This document shows positions 39,821 through 51,870 of a DNA stretch of 64,000 nt, piece by piece. This DNA comes from an uncultured delta proteobacterium (GTDB lineage: Bacteria; Desulfobacterota; Desulfomonilia; UBA1062). The number at the start of each line of letters is the position of its first letter. Position 1 is the stretch's first letter. The stretch lies in assembly GCA_963798485.1 (NCBI GenBank), contig CAWCTR010000030.1, positions 32,001 through 96,000 of the forward strand, read 5' to 3'. A program made the translations under genes and the position numbers. A model generated the notes under the pieces. The model saw only the letters and a program-made list of their open reading frames with translations, made no database searches and was not told where the DNA came from.

Positions 39821-40672
39821 ATGCCATATTGCCTGATTTTCCCGGGTCAAGGGAGCCAGTTCCCCGGCATGTCCAAAGGGCTCACACTCGATGCGGCCGT
39901 TGATGGCGGCCTTCGTACGATTATGGACAATGGCCCGGACTATGTTCTGGATCAGACAGTAAATGCCCAGCCGGCAGTAGTATCCGTGAGTGTCGCCCTG
40001 TGGGAAAGATCGGGTTTGAAGGATCCTGCAGCGGTCATGGGCCACAGCCTGGGCGAATATAGCGCGCTTGTTGCCTCAGGCTCCTTGCAGGCAGGCAAGG
40101 CAATTGAGCTGGTAAAAAAAAGGGCCGTTTTCATGGAGGCCTCGCATCCGTTAGGAACAGGGGGTATGGCTGCAGTAATCGGTATGTCTGAATCTGAGGT
40201 TGAAGAGGTTATTGCCGGTATCAACGAACTCTGGATTGCCAACCTCAACGGCGCCTCCCAGGTGGTGATTTCCGGCAGCATCCGATCCATGAGAACTGCA
40301 ATACCGCTGCTCAAAGGTAAAGGAGCCAGGCGGGTGGTGCCGCTTAAGGTCTCTGTGGCATCACACTGCCCGTACATGGATAAGGCCCAGGAGGCCCTTA
40401 CAGATTATCTCAAGGGGATCACCATGAAGGGGCCGTCATGCCCGCTGATCTCCAATGTGAGCGCCCGGCCTGAGACCGACCCGAACCGACTCAAGACCCG
40501 ACTTGCACAGCAGCTGACAAGCCCGGTGCGGTTTGAAGAATCGGTACGGATCGCTGCCGGCATGGGTATTGATACCTTCATTGAGATTGGTCCGCGCTCC
40601 GTTCTTGCCCCCCTGGTCAAACGTATTGTACCCGGTGTAAAGATGGAGGTAATCACCAATGATGACTATTGA
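39821..40672 (+). CDS. fabD: Malonyl-CoA:ACP transacylase
   Basis: FPGQGSQ; GHSLGEY; SPVRF; EIGP. Confidence 0.93.
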   Translation: MPYCLIFPGQGSQFPGMSKGLTLDAAVDGGLRTIMDNGPDYVLDQTVNAQPAVVSVSVALWERSGLKDPAAVMGHSLGEYSALVASGSLQAGKAIELVKKRAVFMEASHPLGTGGMAAVIGMSESEVEEVIAGINELWIANLNGASQVVISGSIRSMRTAIPLLKGKGARRVVPLKVSVASHCPYMDKAQEALTDYLKGITMKGPSCPLISNVSARPETDPNRLKTRLAQQLTSPVRFEESVRIAAGMGIDTFIEIGPRSVLAPLVKRIVPGVKMEVITNDDY

Positions 40673-41402
40673 TCTGAGCACCAAGGTGGCCCTGGTCACC
40701 GGTGCAAGCCGCGGCATTGGTGCGGCCACGGCGAGGTTGCTGGGCAGCGCAGGCGCCCACGTGATCGTCAATTATAAGAGCAGTTCAGCCCTGGCTCAAG
40801 AGGTGGTCGGCTCTATAGTATCTTCGGGCGGCTCGGCTGAGGCCATGTGTTTTGACGTGGCGGATGAGGCTGAGGTGGGCAGTCATTTTGCCGACATTAT
40901 TGCCCGCCATGCCAGGCTCGATTTTCTTGTGAACAACGCCGGTATCTCTAAGGATGCGCTCTTCCTGCGGGTCAAACCTGAAATGCTCAATGAAATGATA
41001 GACGTAAATCTTAAGGGTTCATTTTTCTGCACTTTTCACGCTGCGAGATATATGATAAAGCAAAGAAGTGGAAGGATCGTGACGGTCTCTTCCATAGTCG
41101 GACTAGGGGGGAACCCGGGACAGAGCGTGTATGCAATGACAAAGGCAGGGCTCATCGGCATGACCAAGAGCTTTGCCAAGGAGCTTGGCCCCCGAGGGGT
41201 ACGGGTGAATGCAATCGCGCCCGGGCTCGTGGACACCGAGATGACTTCGGGCATAGACAAGCAGGCCATCGCCAATGAGATACCGCTGCGCAAGACAGGC
41301 AGCCCGGAAGAGGTGGCAGGGGTAATCCTGTTTTTGTGTTCCGACCTGAGCGAGTACATTACCGGTCAGGTCATTGTCGTAGATGGTGGGCTTTATACGT
41401 GA
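40659..41402 (+). CDS. fabG: 3-oxoacyl-ACP reductase
   Basis: TGASRGIG; NNAG; YAMTK; located in the fab operon. Confidence 0.92.
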   Translation: MMTIDLSTKVALVTGASRGIGAATARLLGSAGAHVIVNYKSSSALAQEVVGSIVSSGGSAEAMCFDVADEAEVGSHFADIIARHARLDFLVNNAGISKDALFLRVKPEMLNEMIDVNLKGSFFCTFHAARYMIKQRSGRIVTVSSIVGLGGNPGQSVYAMTKAGLIGMTKSFAKELGPRGVRVNAIAPGLVDTEMTSGIDKQAIANEIPLRKTGSPEEVAGVILFLCSDLSEYITGQVIVVDGGLYT

Positions 41403-41446
41403 GAGTATTTTAAGGATGTAGAGAACCTTAAAGGAGGACTATATCG

Positions 41447-41680
41447 ATGGCTGATGTTCAGCAACGGATCATTCAACTGATCGCAGAGCAGTTGGAAAAG
41501 GACCCATCCGAGATCAAGCCGGAAATGTCTTTCGCAGACGATCTGGGGGCCGATTCCCTTGATCTGGTCGAGCTGATCATGACCGTGGAAGAGGAGTTCA
41601 ACTTAGAGATCCCGGATGAGGATGCGGAGAAGATGAAGTTCGTGAAGGACGCCATAGAATACGTTAAAGCCAAGATATGA
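41447..41680 (+). CDS. acpP: Acyl carrier protein
   Basis: [14 protein letters not shown]...EIPDEDAEK. Confidence 0.97.
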   Translation: MADVQQRIIQLIAEQLEKDPSEIKPEMSFADDLGADSLDLVELIMTVEEEFNLEIPDEDAEKMKFVKDAIEYVKAKI

Positions 41681-41688
41681 CGCCCTAG

Positions 41689-42918
<1,230 letters not shown>

Positions 42919-42921
42919 AGG

Positions 42922-43383
42922 GTGCGGGTAGCTGTTGCATGCGATCATGGCGGATTTACCTTGAAGCAGGCCGTAAGGGATGCCATTGCCGCATCAGGGG
43001 CCGAGGCCCAGGACCTCGGCACGGAAGGCACGGGGTCGGTGGACTATCCTGACTTTGCATATAAGGCGATAAAGCTGCTCCTTGAAAAGCAATGCGAGAG
43101 GGTCATCCTTATCTGCGGGACAGGCATAGGCATGTCCATCTTTGCAAACCGCATACCAGGCGTCAGGGGCGCCCTGTGCCATGAGAGCTACACTGCCCGT
43201 ATGTCCAGGCTCCATAACGACTCCAACTGTCTCATCCTAGGCGGGCGGGTTATCGGTCCGGGCCTCGCTCAAGAGATCATAGATGTATGGATGAAGACAC
43301 CTTTTGAGGGCGGCCGCCATGCAGCAAGGCTTGCCAAGATCGATGAGCTCTCGCAAGGCCTGAAAGACTTGAAGGATAAATAG
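42922..43383 (+). CDS. rpiB: Ribose-5-phosphate isomerase B
   Basis: DHGG; DYPD; ICGTGIG; HNDSN; FEGGRH. Confidence 0.95.
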   Translation: MRVAVACDHGGFTLKQAVRDAIAASGAEAQDLGTEGTGSVDYPDFAYKAIKLLLEKQCERVILICGTGIGMSIFANRIPGVRGALCHESYTARMSRLHNDSNCLILGGRVIGPGLAQEIIDVWMKTPFEGGRHAARLAKIDELSQGLKDLKDK

Positions 43384-43394
43384 GAGATAAAAGA

Positions 43395-44639
43395 ATGAAC
43401 ATGGAGAATGTTTTAAAGACCGATCCCGAGGTATATGATTCCATCATGGGTGAGCTGCAGAGGCAGCGCAACAAGCTTGAGCTCATCGCATCCGAGAACA
43501 TCGTGAGCAAGGCCGTGCTCGAGGCCCAGGGCTCTGTCATGACCAATAAATACGCGGAAGGATACCCCTCCAAGAGATATTACGGCGGGTGCGAATATGT
43601 GGATGTGGCTGAGGATCTCGCCATAGCCAGGGCCAAACAGCTCTTCGGTGCGGACCATGCCAATGTCCAGCCCCACTCGGGCTCCCAAGCCAACATGGCC
43701 GTTTATTTTTCCATACTGGAGCCCGGCGACACCTACCTCGGCATGAGCCTGCCCCATGGCGGCCACCTCTCCATGGGCTCTCCGGTCAACTTCTCAGGGA
43801 AGTTCTACAAGGTCATTGCCTATGGCGTGAGGCAGGACAACCACCGCATCGATTATGACCAGTTGAGGGATCTGGCAAAAAAGAACAAGCCCAAACTCAT
43901 CATAGCAGGGGCCAGCGCCTACCCTCGTATCATCGAATACAAGACATTCAAGGAGATTGCCGACGAGGTGGGCGCGTATTTCATGGTGGACATGGCCCAC
44001 ATCGCAGGGCTCATTGCCGCAGGGCTTCACCCGAGCCCGGTGCCGTATGCGGATTTCGTCACCACCACCACCCACAAGACGCTGCGCGGACCAAGGGGCG
44101 GTATGGTCCTTTGCAAGGAACAGCACGCCAAGACGCTCAACTCAAAGGTCTTCCCCGGCATGCAGGGGGGGCCGCTCATGCATGTAATAGCCGCCAAGGC
44201 CGTAGCCTTCAAGGAGGCGCTGGGCCCTGAATTCAAGGAATACCAGACCCGGATTGTCCGCAATGCAAAGGCCATGGCCGAAGAGCTCATCTCATTAGGT
44301 TTTATCCTTGTATCGGGCGGTACGGACAACCACCTCATGCTTGTCGACCTGACCAATAAGGATGTCACAGGCAAGGACGCCCAGGAGATGCTCGACCTTG
44401 CATGGATCACCGTGAACCGCAACACCATCCCCTTCGAGACCAAGAGCCCCTTCGTGACCTCGGGTATCCGCATCGGTACGCCTGCGCTCACCACCAGGGG
44501 CATGAAGGAAGACGAGATGCGCCAGGTGGCGCGCATGATCGCAAGGGTCATCGAGGCCAAGGGTGATGCGAGCGTGATCGAAAAGGTGAGGAACGAGGTT
44601 GACGAACTCACCAAGCGCTTTCCCATCTACGAAGGGTGA
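43395..44639 (+). CDS. glyA: Serine hydroxymethyltransferase
   Basis: ELIASEN; NKYAEGYP; [13 protein letters not shown]. Confidence 0.97.
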   Translation: MNMENVLKTDPEVYDSIMGELQRQRNKLELIASENIVSKAVLEAQGSVMTNKYAEGYPSKRYYGGCEYVDVAEDLAIARAKQLFGADHANVQPHSGSQANMAVYFSILEPGDTYLGMSLPHGGHLSMGSPVNFSGKFYKVIAYGVRQDNHRIDYDQLRDLAKKNKPKLIIAGASAYPRIIEYKTFKEIADEVGAYFMVDMAHIAGLIAAGLHPSPVPYADFVTTTTHKTLRGPRGGMVLCKEQHAKTLNSKVFPGMQGGPLMHVIAAKAVAFKEALGPEFKEYQTRIVRNAKAMAEELISLGFILVSGGTDNHLMLVDLTNKDVTGKDAQEMLDLAWITVNRNTIPFETKSPFVTSGIRIGTPALTTRGMKEDEMRQVARMIARVIEAKGDASVIEKVRNEVDELTKRFPIYEG

Positions 44640-44645
44640 CCTGCC

Positions 44646-45107
44646 ATGCGATGCCCCAGGTGTTCCGGGCTTGAAGACAAGGTGCTGCAGTCCAGGATCA
44701 GCCAGGATGGCACCTCCATCAGGCGCAGGAGGGAGTGCATCACCTGCTCTTACCGCTATACCACCTATGAGCACATCGAGGAATTCATCCCGGTCGTGGT
44801 CAAGAAGGACGGCAGGCGTGAGCCCTTTGATGCGGCTAAGGTGATAACCGGTATCATGACTGCCTGCGAGAAGCGGCCGGTGAGCATGGAGGCCATCGAG
44901 ACCGTAAAGGATGCACTTATCCAGGATATCCAGTCCAAATGGGACAGGGAAGTGCCGGCATCCTACATAGGCGAGCGTATCATGGAGGCGCTGCACAAGC
45001 TTGATCCCGTGGCGTATGTCCGGTTTGCATCCGTGTACCGCGAGTTCAAGGATGTAAGCGAGTTCATGGACGAGATAAAGGGCTTGCGCCGGGCAAAGAA
45101 ACGGTAA
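44646..45107 (+). CDS. nrdR: Transcriptional repressor NrdR
   Basis: MRCPRC...RRRRECITC; ATP-cone; AYVRFASVYREF. Confidence 0.96.
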   Translation: MRCPRCSGLEDKVLQSRISQDGTSIRRRRECITCSYRYTTYEHIEEFIPVVVKKDGRREPFDAAKVITGIMTACEKRPVSMEAIETVKDALIQDIQSKWDREVPASYIGERIMEALHKLDPVAYVRFASVYREFKDVSEFMDEIKGLRRAKKR

Positions 45108-45124
45108 CTTCACTTTCTTCATAT

Positions 45125-46198
45125 ATGGAACAGGATATATTCTTCATGCACCAGGCCGTTGAGCTTGCCCGGCAGGCCATAGGCAGGACCGCCCCCAATC
45201 CCAGTGTCGGTGCGCTGGTCGTGAAGGACGGCCAAGTTGTAGGCAGGGGCTTCCATCCCAAGGCGGGCAAACCCCATGCCGAGGTCTACGCATTAGAAGA
45301 AGCGGGCAATAGCGCCCGGGGCGGGGCGCTCTATGTGACCTTGGAGCCCTGCAACCATTATGGAAAGACGCCGCCTTGCACAGGGGCTATCATAAAATCA
45401 GGCGTCTCCCGTGTCATAGTGGGGACCCTTGACCCGAACCCCATTGTAGCGGGTAAAGGGATAGAGCTGCTCAAGGATGCAGGTATCGTGGTGGATGTGG
45501 GGGTATGCGCGGAAGAATGCAAAGACCTCATCGCGTGGTATGCCTTTTGGCTCGTCAGCGGCCGGCCGTATATCATCCTGAAGGCCGCCATTACCCTGGA
45601 TGGTCGTGTCGCCACCGCAACAGGGGATTCCCGGTGGATCAGCTCGGAGGAATCCAGGCATCATGTGCATGAGCTGAGGAACCTTGTGGATGGACTCATT
45701 GTGGGCATCGGCACGGTGCTTAAGGACGACCCGCTGCTTACCTGCCGCATCGAGGGAGGCCGGGACCCCATGCGGATCATCCTGGACCCCCAATTCGATA
45801 TCCCGGATGGTGCGAAGTGCCTGGGCCATGGCTCACTCGTGTTTACCGCCAAACCGCCCTATGCCAGAGAGGAAATCAATGAGCAGGGCACGGAAACCGT
45901 GCAGATGGAGGCAGACCCTTCCGGCCTGCTCCCCTGGGCATCCGTGCTTGAACATCTTGGCAAGATGGGCCTCCATTGTGTTATGGTGGAGGGCGGCAGC
46001 GGGGTTTACTCAAGTCTGCTCAGGAGCGGACTGGTGGACAAGCTGCTCTTCTTCATCGCACCCAAGATCCTTGGCGGGGGCTTGCCATTGGTAGATTGGG
46101 GCTCTCCTGAGCGGATTGCGGATTCCTTGAAGGTCGTGATATCAAAGGTTGACCTTCTGGGCGGGGATATCCTCGTGGAAGGTATACTGGGGGAGTAA
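45125..46198 (+). CDS. ribD: Riboflavin biosynthesis deaminase/reductase RibD
   Basis: PNPSVG; HAE; LEPCNHYGKTPPC; VEGG. Confidence 0.95.
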   Translation: MEQDIFFMHQAVELARQAIGRTAPNPSVGALVVKDGQVVGRGFHPKAGKPHAEVYALEEAGNSARGGALYVTLEPCNHYGKTPPCTGAIIKSGVSRVIVGTLDPNPIVAGKGIELLKDAGIVVDVGVCAEECKDLIAWYAFWLVSGRPYIILKAAITLDGRVATATGDSRWISSEESRHHVHELRNLVDGLIVGIGTVLKDDPLLTCRIEGGRDPMRIILDPQFDIPDGAKCLGHGSLVFTAKPPYAREEINEQGTETVQMEADPSGLLPWASVLEHLGKMGLHCVMVEGGSGVYSSLLRSGLVDKLLFFIAPKILGGGLPLVDWGSPERIADSLKVVISKVDLLGGDILVEGILGE

Positions 46199-46199
46199 T

Positions 46200-46844
46200 A
46201 TGTTCACCGGGATCATCGAGTCGGTAGGGAAGATTCTGTCCAAGGAGACTCATGGGCAAGGGGTCGTGCTCAAGATAGATACGGGGCTTGATCTGTCAGG
46301 CGATGCTATTGGTGAGAGCGTTGCAGTGGACGGGGTGTGCCTTACCATTACAAAGATGCAAGGCAGTGTCTTTTATGCACATGCATCTGCCGAGACCATC
46401 ACGCGCTCCACCCTGGGGGATATCAGGCCCGGCGCCGGCGTGAATATCGAACGGGCCCTTACCCTCTCATCGCGGCTCGGGGGGCATATTGTCCTCGGCC
46501 ATGTGGATACCGTGGGCAAGATCCTCCAGAAGGACCTTGCAGGCGAGTCAATGCGGATCAAGGTGGGCTTCGATCGGACATATGCAAAGTATGTAATAGA
46601 GAAGGGGTCAGTTGCCATAGACGGCGTTTCGCTCACTATTAACGATGTATATAAGGATGCATTGATTGTGAACATCATAGAGCACACTGCCCAATCCACT
46701 TCCTTGACACCCAAATCCCCGGGTGATAGGGTGAACCTCGAATTTGACGTGCTGGGTAAGTATGTGGAAAGCCTGCTGATTAAGGGTACGGGCACCAGCC
46801 TGAAAGACCTTCTCACAGAGCAGGGTTTTCTCAAAAGGGAGTAG
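46200..46844 (+). CDS. ribE: Riboflavin synthase (alpha chain)
   Basis: MFTGIIE; GVCLT; GGHIVLGHVD; VNLEFD. Confidence 0.95.
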   Translation: MFTGIIESVGKILSKETHGQGVVLKIDTGLDLSGDAIGESVAVDGVCLTITKMQGSVFYAHASAETITRSTLGDIRPGAGVNIERALTLSSRLGGHIVLGHVDTVGKILQKDLAGESMRIKVGFDRTYAKYVIEKGSVAIDGVSLTINDVYKDALIVNIIEHTAQSTSLTPKSPGDRVNLEFDVLGKYVESLLIKGTGTSLKDLLTEQGFLKRE

Positions 46845-46850
46845 ATTCAA

Positions 46851-48053
46851 ATGCCTACGTGTACCGTGGAAGAAGCCATCAAAGATCTGCTGCAGGGAAA
46901 GATGATCATCCTCGTGGATGACGAAGACCGGGAGAATGAGGGAGACCTCACCATGGCGGCCGAGTTTGTCACGGCGGACGCCATCAATTTCATGACAAAA
47001 TACGGACGTGGGCTGGTTTGCCTGGCCCTGGACTCTCACATCGCGGACAGGCTTGACCTGCAGCCCATGGTCAGGGACAACACGAGCAAATTCGGGACAG
47101 GATTCACTGTATCCATCGAGGCAAAAAAGGGTGTGACCACAGGCATTTCTGCCGCCGATAGGGCCGTGACCATCAGGACCGCCATTGCCCCGGATACCAA
47201 GGCACAAGACCTGGCAAGGCCGGGTCATATATTTCCCTTGCGGGCCAAGTCGGGCGGAACCCTTGTCCGCACCGGACAGACCGAGGGCTCGGTGGACCTG
47301 TGCAGGATGGCAGGGCTCAGGTCCGGCGCTGTCATCTGCGAGATCATGAACGATGACGGTTCCATGGCCCGCAGACCCCAGCTTGAGGAATTTGCGGCTA
47401 CACATGGTTTAAAGATTTGCACCATCGCCGATATCATCGCCTACCGCATCAGGAATGAGATCCTGGTGCGCGAGGTAGTCCGCGCCAAGCTCCCGACGGA
47501 ATTCGGCGTCTTCGAGCTTGTGGGGTTTGACAATGACATAGACGACAAGGAACATGTAGCCCTTGTCAAGGGGGATATAAACCCGGACGAGCCTGTGTTG
47601 GTCCGTGTGCACTCCGAGTGCCTCACCGGAGACATGTTTCATTCCGTGCGTTGCGACTGCGGCGACCAGCTCCACCGGGCCATGGAGATGATCGAGGAAG
47701 AAGGCAAGGGCGTCATCGTGTATATGCGGCAGGAAGGCCGCGGCATCGGTCTTATCAACAAGCTCAAGGCCTACCACCTGCAGGACAAGGGCAGGGACAC
47801 GGTGGAGGCCAACATAGAACTGGGTTTCGCCCCGGATTTGAGAGACTACGGCATCGGGGCGCAGATCCTCGTATACCTGGGTGTGCGCAAGATGAAACTC
47901 ATGACCAATAACCCCAAGAAGATCATCGGGCTCGAGGGCTATGGCCTTGAGATCGTCGAGCGGATTGCAATCGAGATCCCGCCCACGAAGGAAAACAAGA
48001 GGTATTTGAAGACCAAGAAGGATAAGATGGGACACATTCTGGAGGTGGTATAG
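46851..48053 (+). CDS. ribBA: Bifunctional DHBP synthase / GTP cyclohydrolase II
   Basis: [10 protein letters not shown]; RPGHIFPL; [10 protein letters not shown]; RCDCG; QEGRGIG. Confidence 0.96.
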   Translation: MPTCTVEEAIKDLLQGKMIILVDDEDRENEGDLTMAAEFVTADAINFMTKYGRGLVCLALDSHIADRLDLQPMVRDNTSKFGTGFTVSIEAKKGVTTGISAADRAVTIRTAIAPDTKAQDLARPGHIFPLRAKSGGTLVRTGQTEGSVDLCRMAGLRSGAVICEIMNDDGSMARRPQLEEFAATHGLKICTIADIIAYRIRNEILVREVVRAKLPTEFGVFELVGFDNDIDDKEHVALVKGDINPDEPVLVRVHSECLTGDMFHSVRCDCGDQLHRAMEMIEEEGKGVIVYMRQEGRGIGLINKLKAYHLQDKGRDTVEANIELGFAPDLRDYGIGAQILVYLGVRKMKLMTNNPKKIIGLEGYGLEIVERIAIEIPPTKENKRYLKTKKDKMGHILEVV

Positions 48054-48518
<465 letters not shown>

Positions 48519-48526
48519 CATCATCC

Positions 48527-48943
48527 ATGAAGCAAAGGACCCGGGCGCGAGAGGTAGCCCTGCAGTATCTCTACCAGATCGATATCACCAGCAGCCATAC
48601 CGAAAAGACCCTTGCGGACTTCTTCAAACACTTTGTACAGGACAAGGACAAGGAACTCGTCCCCTACGCAAAGGAATTGGCTGAAGGGGTATGCGAGTAT
48701 CTGCCCCAGATCGATTCCCTCATTGAGAAGGCCTCACAGAATTGGAAGGTGAGCCGCATGTCCGCCACGGACCGGAACATCCTGCGTATCGCCGCCTATG
48801 AGATGGCGTATAGAAAAGACGTCCCCTACAAGGTGGCCATCAACGAGGCAATCGAGATAGCCAAGCGCTTCGGTTCGTCGCGCTTCCCCTCCTTTGCAAA
48901 CGGTGTGCTGGACAAGATATGGAACGAGATATCTGCCGAATAA
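48527..48943 (+). CDS. nusB: Transcription antitermination factor NusB
   Basis: RTRAREVALQYLY; DRNILR; VAINEAIEIAK; FANGVLD. Confidence 0.95.
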   Translation: MKQRTRAREVALQYLYQIDITSSHTEKTLADFFKHFVQDKDKELVPYAKELAEGVCEYLPQIDSLIEKASQNWKVSRMSATDRNILRIAAYEMAYRKDVPYKVAINEAIEIAKRFGSSRFPSFANGVLDKIWNEISAE

Positions 48944-48958
48944 GACCTCTATCGGTAA

Positions 48959-49663
48959 CTACTTGATCAGCCCCTGGACCCGGGCGCGTTCTACAATGAT
49001 TCCTCGTTGCTTGCTGCCTGTAATATCGAGCGTGCCGGCCTGGACCAGGGTCAGATCTATCCGATCGAGCAGGGAATTCGTTATGCGAACCTCCTCCAGG
49101 ACAGCCCCGGCCAATGAAGTTTGAGTGAGGTTCGACTTGTTCAACGAGGTGCGCACGATATAGGAAAGCCCGAAATTTGCCTCCGTGAGGTCACATTCGT
49201 CAAGGGTGCAGTTTTCTATGAGGCAGAAGAGGAACTTTGCCTTCTGCAACCGGGCGCCTGTGAAATCAAGGTTCTTGAAGGTGGAGTGGATGAAGGTGGC
49301 CCCTGAAAGGTTTGTCTTACGAAGCTCTTTGTCTACGATGGTGACACGGATGAGATGGCTGTTCATAAGTGCCACCCTGCTTAGGGTGCAGGTGCTGAGG
49401 TCAGCATCCTGAATCGTCACCTCCGAAAGGTGGGCGCCCGAGAGGTTCGTGTTCTTGAAGATCGTATCTTCAAGCTTTGTCCTCTCCAGGTGAGACTCCT
49501 CCATGTTGGTATCGGTAAGGTTCGCCTTGCTCAAGTCCGAGCCCCTCAGATTGGCGCCACCCAGGTCGAGACCCGACAGGTCGAGCCCCTTGAGGTATTC
49601 TCCCTCAACGGGATAACCCATGGATATTTTCTCAAAGAGTTCGTCTCTGTCAAACATGTTCAT
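48959..49663 (-). CDS. Pentapeptide repeat protein
   Basis: Tandem xxLxx repeats (DLSGL DLGGA NLRGS DLSKA NLTDT) over most of the length. Confidence 0.88.
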   Translation of the reverse strand: MNMFDRDELFEKISMGYPVEGEYLKGLDLSGLDLGGANLRGSDLSKANLTDTNMEESHLERTKLEDTIFKNTNLSGAHLSEVTIQDADLSTCTLSRVALMNSHLIRVTIVDKELRKTNLSGATFIHSTFKNLDFTGARLQKAKFLFCLIENCTLDECDLTEANFGLSYIVRTSLNKSNLTQTSLAGAVLEEVRITNSLLDRIDLTLVQAGTLDITGSKQRGIIVERARVQGLIK

Positions 49664-51087
49664 TAGCCTGACTCCAGGATCTTCTTAACCTCAGGGGCCA
49701 TGGTGAACTCGGCCTCTTTGATCTCTCCATCCTTCAGATAGAAATGCACACCGGATTTGGTGCCGGTGATTGTCATGCTTGTCATGCCGATGTTGATATC
49801 CGTCTGATCGTAGAGCGCACCCTCGATGTAGATGTTTCCCTGGTGGGTCTTGTGGATCTTTTCTACAATCTCGATGATTTTTGCATTCTGCTCTTTGAGT
49901 ATCCTACGAAGTGTCTCCATGCCGTCAAGGATCTTGTTATACAGGGCTTCCTGCTGCCGGCTCAGTTCGCTTGTGGCCTTCAATACCCTTAATTTCGCCA
50001 GGGAAGACTGGAATCTGATAAATTCCTGGGTCCTTTCAAGGACCTCCTCCTTCATCCGCTTCTGCTCACGGTGAAGGACCGGGCTGCGCCCGATACTGAC
50101 CACTGTCTTTTCATCGGCAGTCTCCTGGCCGACAGTGTGGCAGTAGACGCAGGTGTCGGAGGATACCTGGCTCGTTGTGATGAACCCGTTCGGGCTTTTA
50201 ATGATCAACGGACCAAGGGCAGAGACCAGGCTGTTACGGATATAGCCCTCAACCACAATCTCTTTGTCTGATATCACATGGGCATCCTGGATGAACTTGG
50301 CATGGATCATGCCTTTTGCGATTATCATGGCCTCTTCCTGGCCCATAATGCCGCCGGCTATTTTGATATTTCCTCCGGCCTCCAGTATTACCTTACCCAC
50401 CGTAGAGGCGATTACGATATCTTCCCCGGCGTGGATCTCATAGCCGTCACCAACCTCTCCCTGGACTACGACGGAACCGTTGAACCGGATGTTGCCTACA
50501 GACGCATCCACATCCTGAACCACATAGGATGGTTCCACATGCACGGCGTTTTCCAGCCACATCACCATTCCGTCAATGGCGGCAAATATCTGGTTCCTGT
50601 CGGCAGAGTAGGTCACGTTCTTTGCATCGGGAAGTTTCGCAGTTACACCCGGTTTACCAGGGATCTCCTTACCGTTCACCGTCATGCCGGGTGTACCGGT
50701 CTGTGGATTGACAAGTTCGCACAGGGGGTCACCCTTTTTCACGTTCTGGATAAGATGCAGGTCTTTCAGGTTCACCTTGCCGGAGGCGTCCTCTTTGATG
50801 ATAGCCTTTGTGCGGTTCGTGTCGAAGTGAAATTTGATAGAACCGTCTTTTCCCTGTTGAGGTTCCTGTCCCCTGGCAATGATGACCCACTGGTCTATGG
50901 TCTTATCCTTGACGATCTGATCGATCGCCTCGGGTATAAGGCCAAAGGTGATCCCCTCATTATTGATGGCCGCAACAAGGTCATCAACGGTGAGTCCGGA
51001 TACTTCCGTCCCTGTCGGGACGATCTTTATGGAAGCGATCAGGCCTCCCTCGGTGAGGTTGAATTCGACGGAATAATCCTTATCCAT
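49663..51087 (-). CDS. FapA/DUF342 family protein
   Basis: ARGQEPQQGKDG; GTPGMTVNG; DVDASVGNIRFNGSVVVQG beta-helix; C-terminal coiled coil. Confidence 0.85.
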   Translation of the reverse strand: MDKDYSVEFNLTEGGLIASIKIVPTGTEVSGLTVDDLVAAINNEGITFGLIPEAIDQIVKDKTIDQWVIIARGQEPQQGKDGSIKFHFDTNRTKAIIKEDASGKVNLKDLHLIQNVKKGDPLCELVNPQTGTPGMTVNGKEIPGKPGVTAKLPDAKNVTYSADRNQIFAAIDGMVMWLENAVHVEPSYVVQDVDASVGNIRFNGSVVVQGEVGDGYEIHAGEDIVIASTVGKVILEAGGNIKIAGGIMGQEEAMIIAKGMIHAKFIQDAHVISDKEIVVEGYIRNSLVSALGPLIIKSPNGFITTSQVSSDTCVYCHTVGQETADEKTVVSIGRSPVLHREQKRMKEEVLERTQEFIRFQSSLAKLRVLKATSELSRQQEALYNKILDGMETLRRILKEQNAKIIEIVEKIHKTHQGNIYIEGALYDQTDINIGMTSMTITGTKSGVHFYLKDGEIKEAEFTMAPEVKKILESG

Positions 51088-51210
51088 TAATGATGAATTC
51101 GGCCTTTTATCCTTAAAACTTGAAAAATACAGTTCCTCTTTTTTCTTGACTGGCAGGCATGCGTCCCGTACTTGAAATGAGGGATATACACTGCAACGAT
51201 GAGGTGTAAG

Positions 51211-51870
51211 ATGAATGTCCGCGATATCGATGCCCTTGCCATCAAGGGGTTCCTTGATACAAAGGAGGGCAAGGCGCTTTATGGGCTCGCCCTTGGTGCA
51301 AGCTCACGGGGGCCTGTGCTCGAGATCGGGGGTTACTGCGGGAAATCGACCCTCTATCTGGGCCTTGCATGCAAGAAAAGGGGCGGCATCCTGTACTCAA
51401 TCGACCATCACAGAGGCTCAGAGGAGCAGCAGCCGGGCCAGGAGTTTTTTGACCCCGAGCTCTTCGACGGCAGCGAAGGGAAGATAGACACCTTCAGGTT
51501 CTTTCGCAAGGCCATCGAGATCTCAGGTCTGTCGGATACGGTGGTGCCCATGGTGACCACCTCGGCTGTGGCGGCGCGCATGTGGTCCACACCCCTTTCC
51601 ATGGTCTTTATCGATGGCTCTCACACCTATCCGGGGGCCTTCTCGGATTATGTCTCGTGGTCTCCCCTTCTGATGTGCGGTGGCATCCTGGCCATCCACG
51701 ATATCTTTGACGACCCGGCCGCCGGCGGCCAGGCGCCGCATTATATCTACAAACTTGCGCTGTCTTCAGGTTTGTATGAGGAACTGCCCATGGTCAAGAC
51801 CCTTGGGGTGCTGAAGAGGCGCGGCCATGCAGATATACCCAAGGAGCTCTTTTCAAAACGCGATTGGTAG
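51211..51870 (+). CDS. Class I SAM methyltransferase (Methyltransf_24), MeT1-like methylmannoside 1-O-methyltransferase
   Basis: KGFL...EG.ALY; EIGGYCGKST; DHHRGSEEQQPG; FIDGSH; HDIF.DP..GGQAP, as recalled for mycobacterial MeT1. Confidence 0.8.
   Translation: MNVRDIDALAIKGFLDTKEGKALYGLALGASSRGPVLEIGGYCGKSTLYLGLACKKRGGILYSIDHHRGSEEQQPGQEFFDPELFDGSEGKIDTFRFFRKAIEISGLSDTVVPMVTTSAVAARMWSTPLSMVFIDGSHTYPGAFSDYVSWSPLLMCGGILAIHDIFDDPAAGGQAPHYIYKLALSSGLYEELPMVKTLGVLKRRGHADIPKELFSKRDW

Noticed and set aside
45108-45124. FMN riboswitch before the rib genes
   Set aside because: Only 17 bp separate nrdR and ribD, leaving no room.
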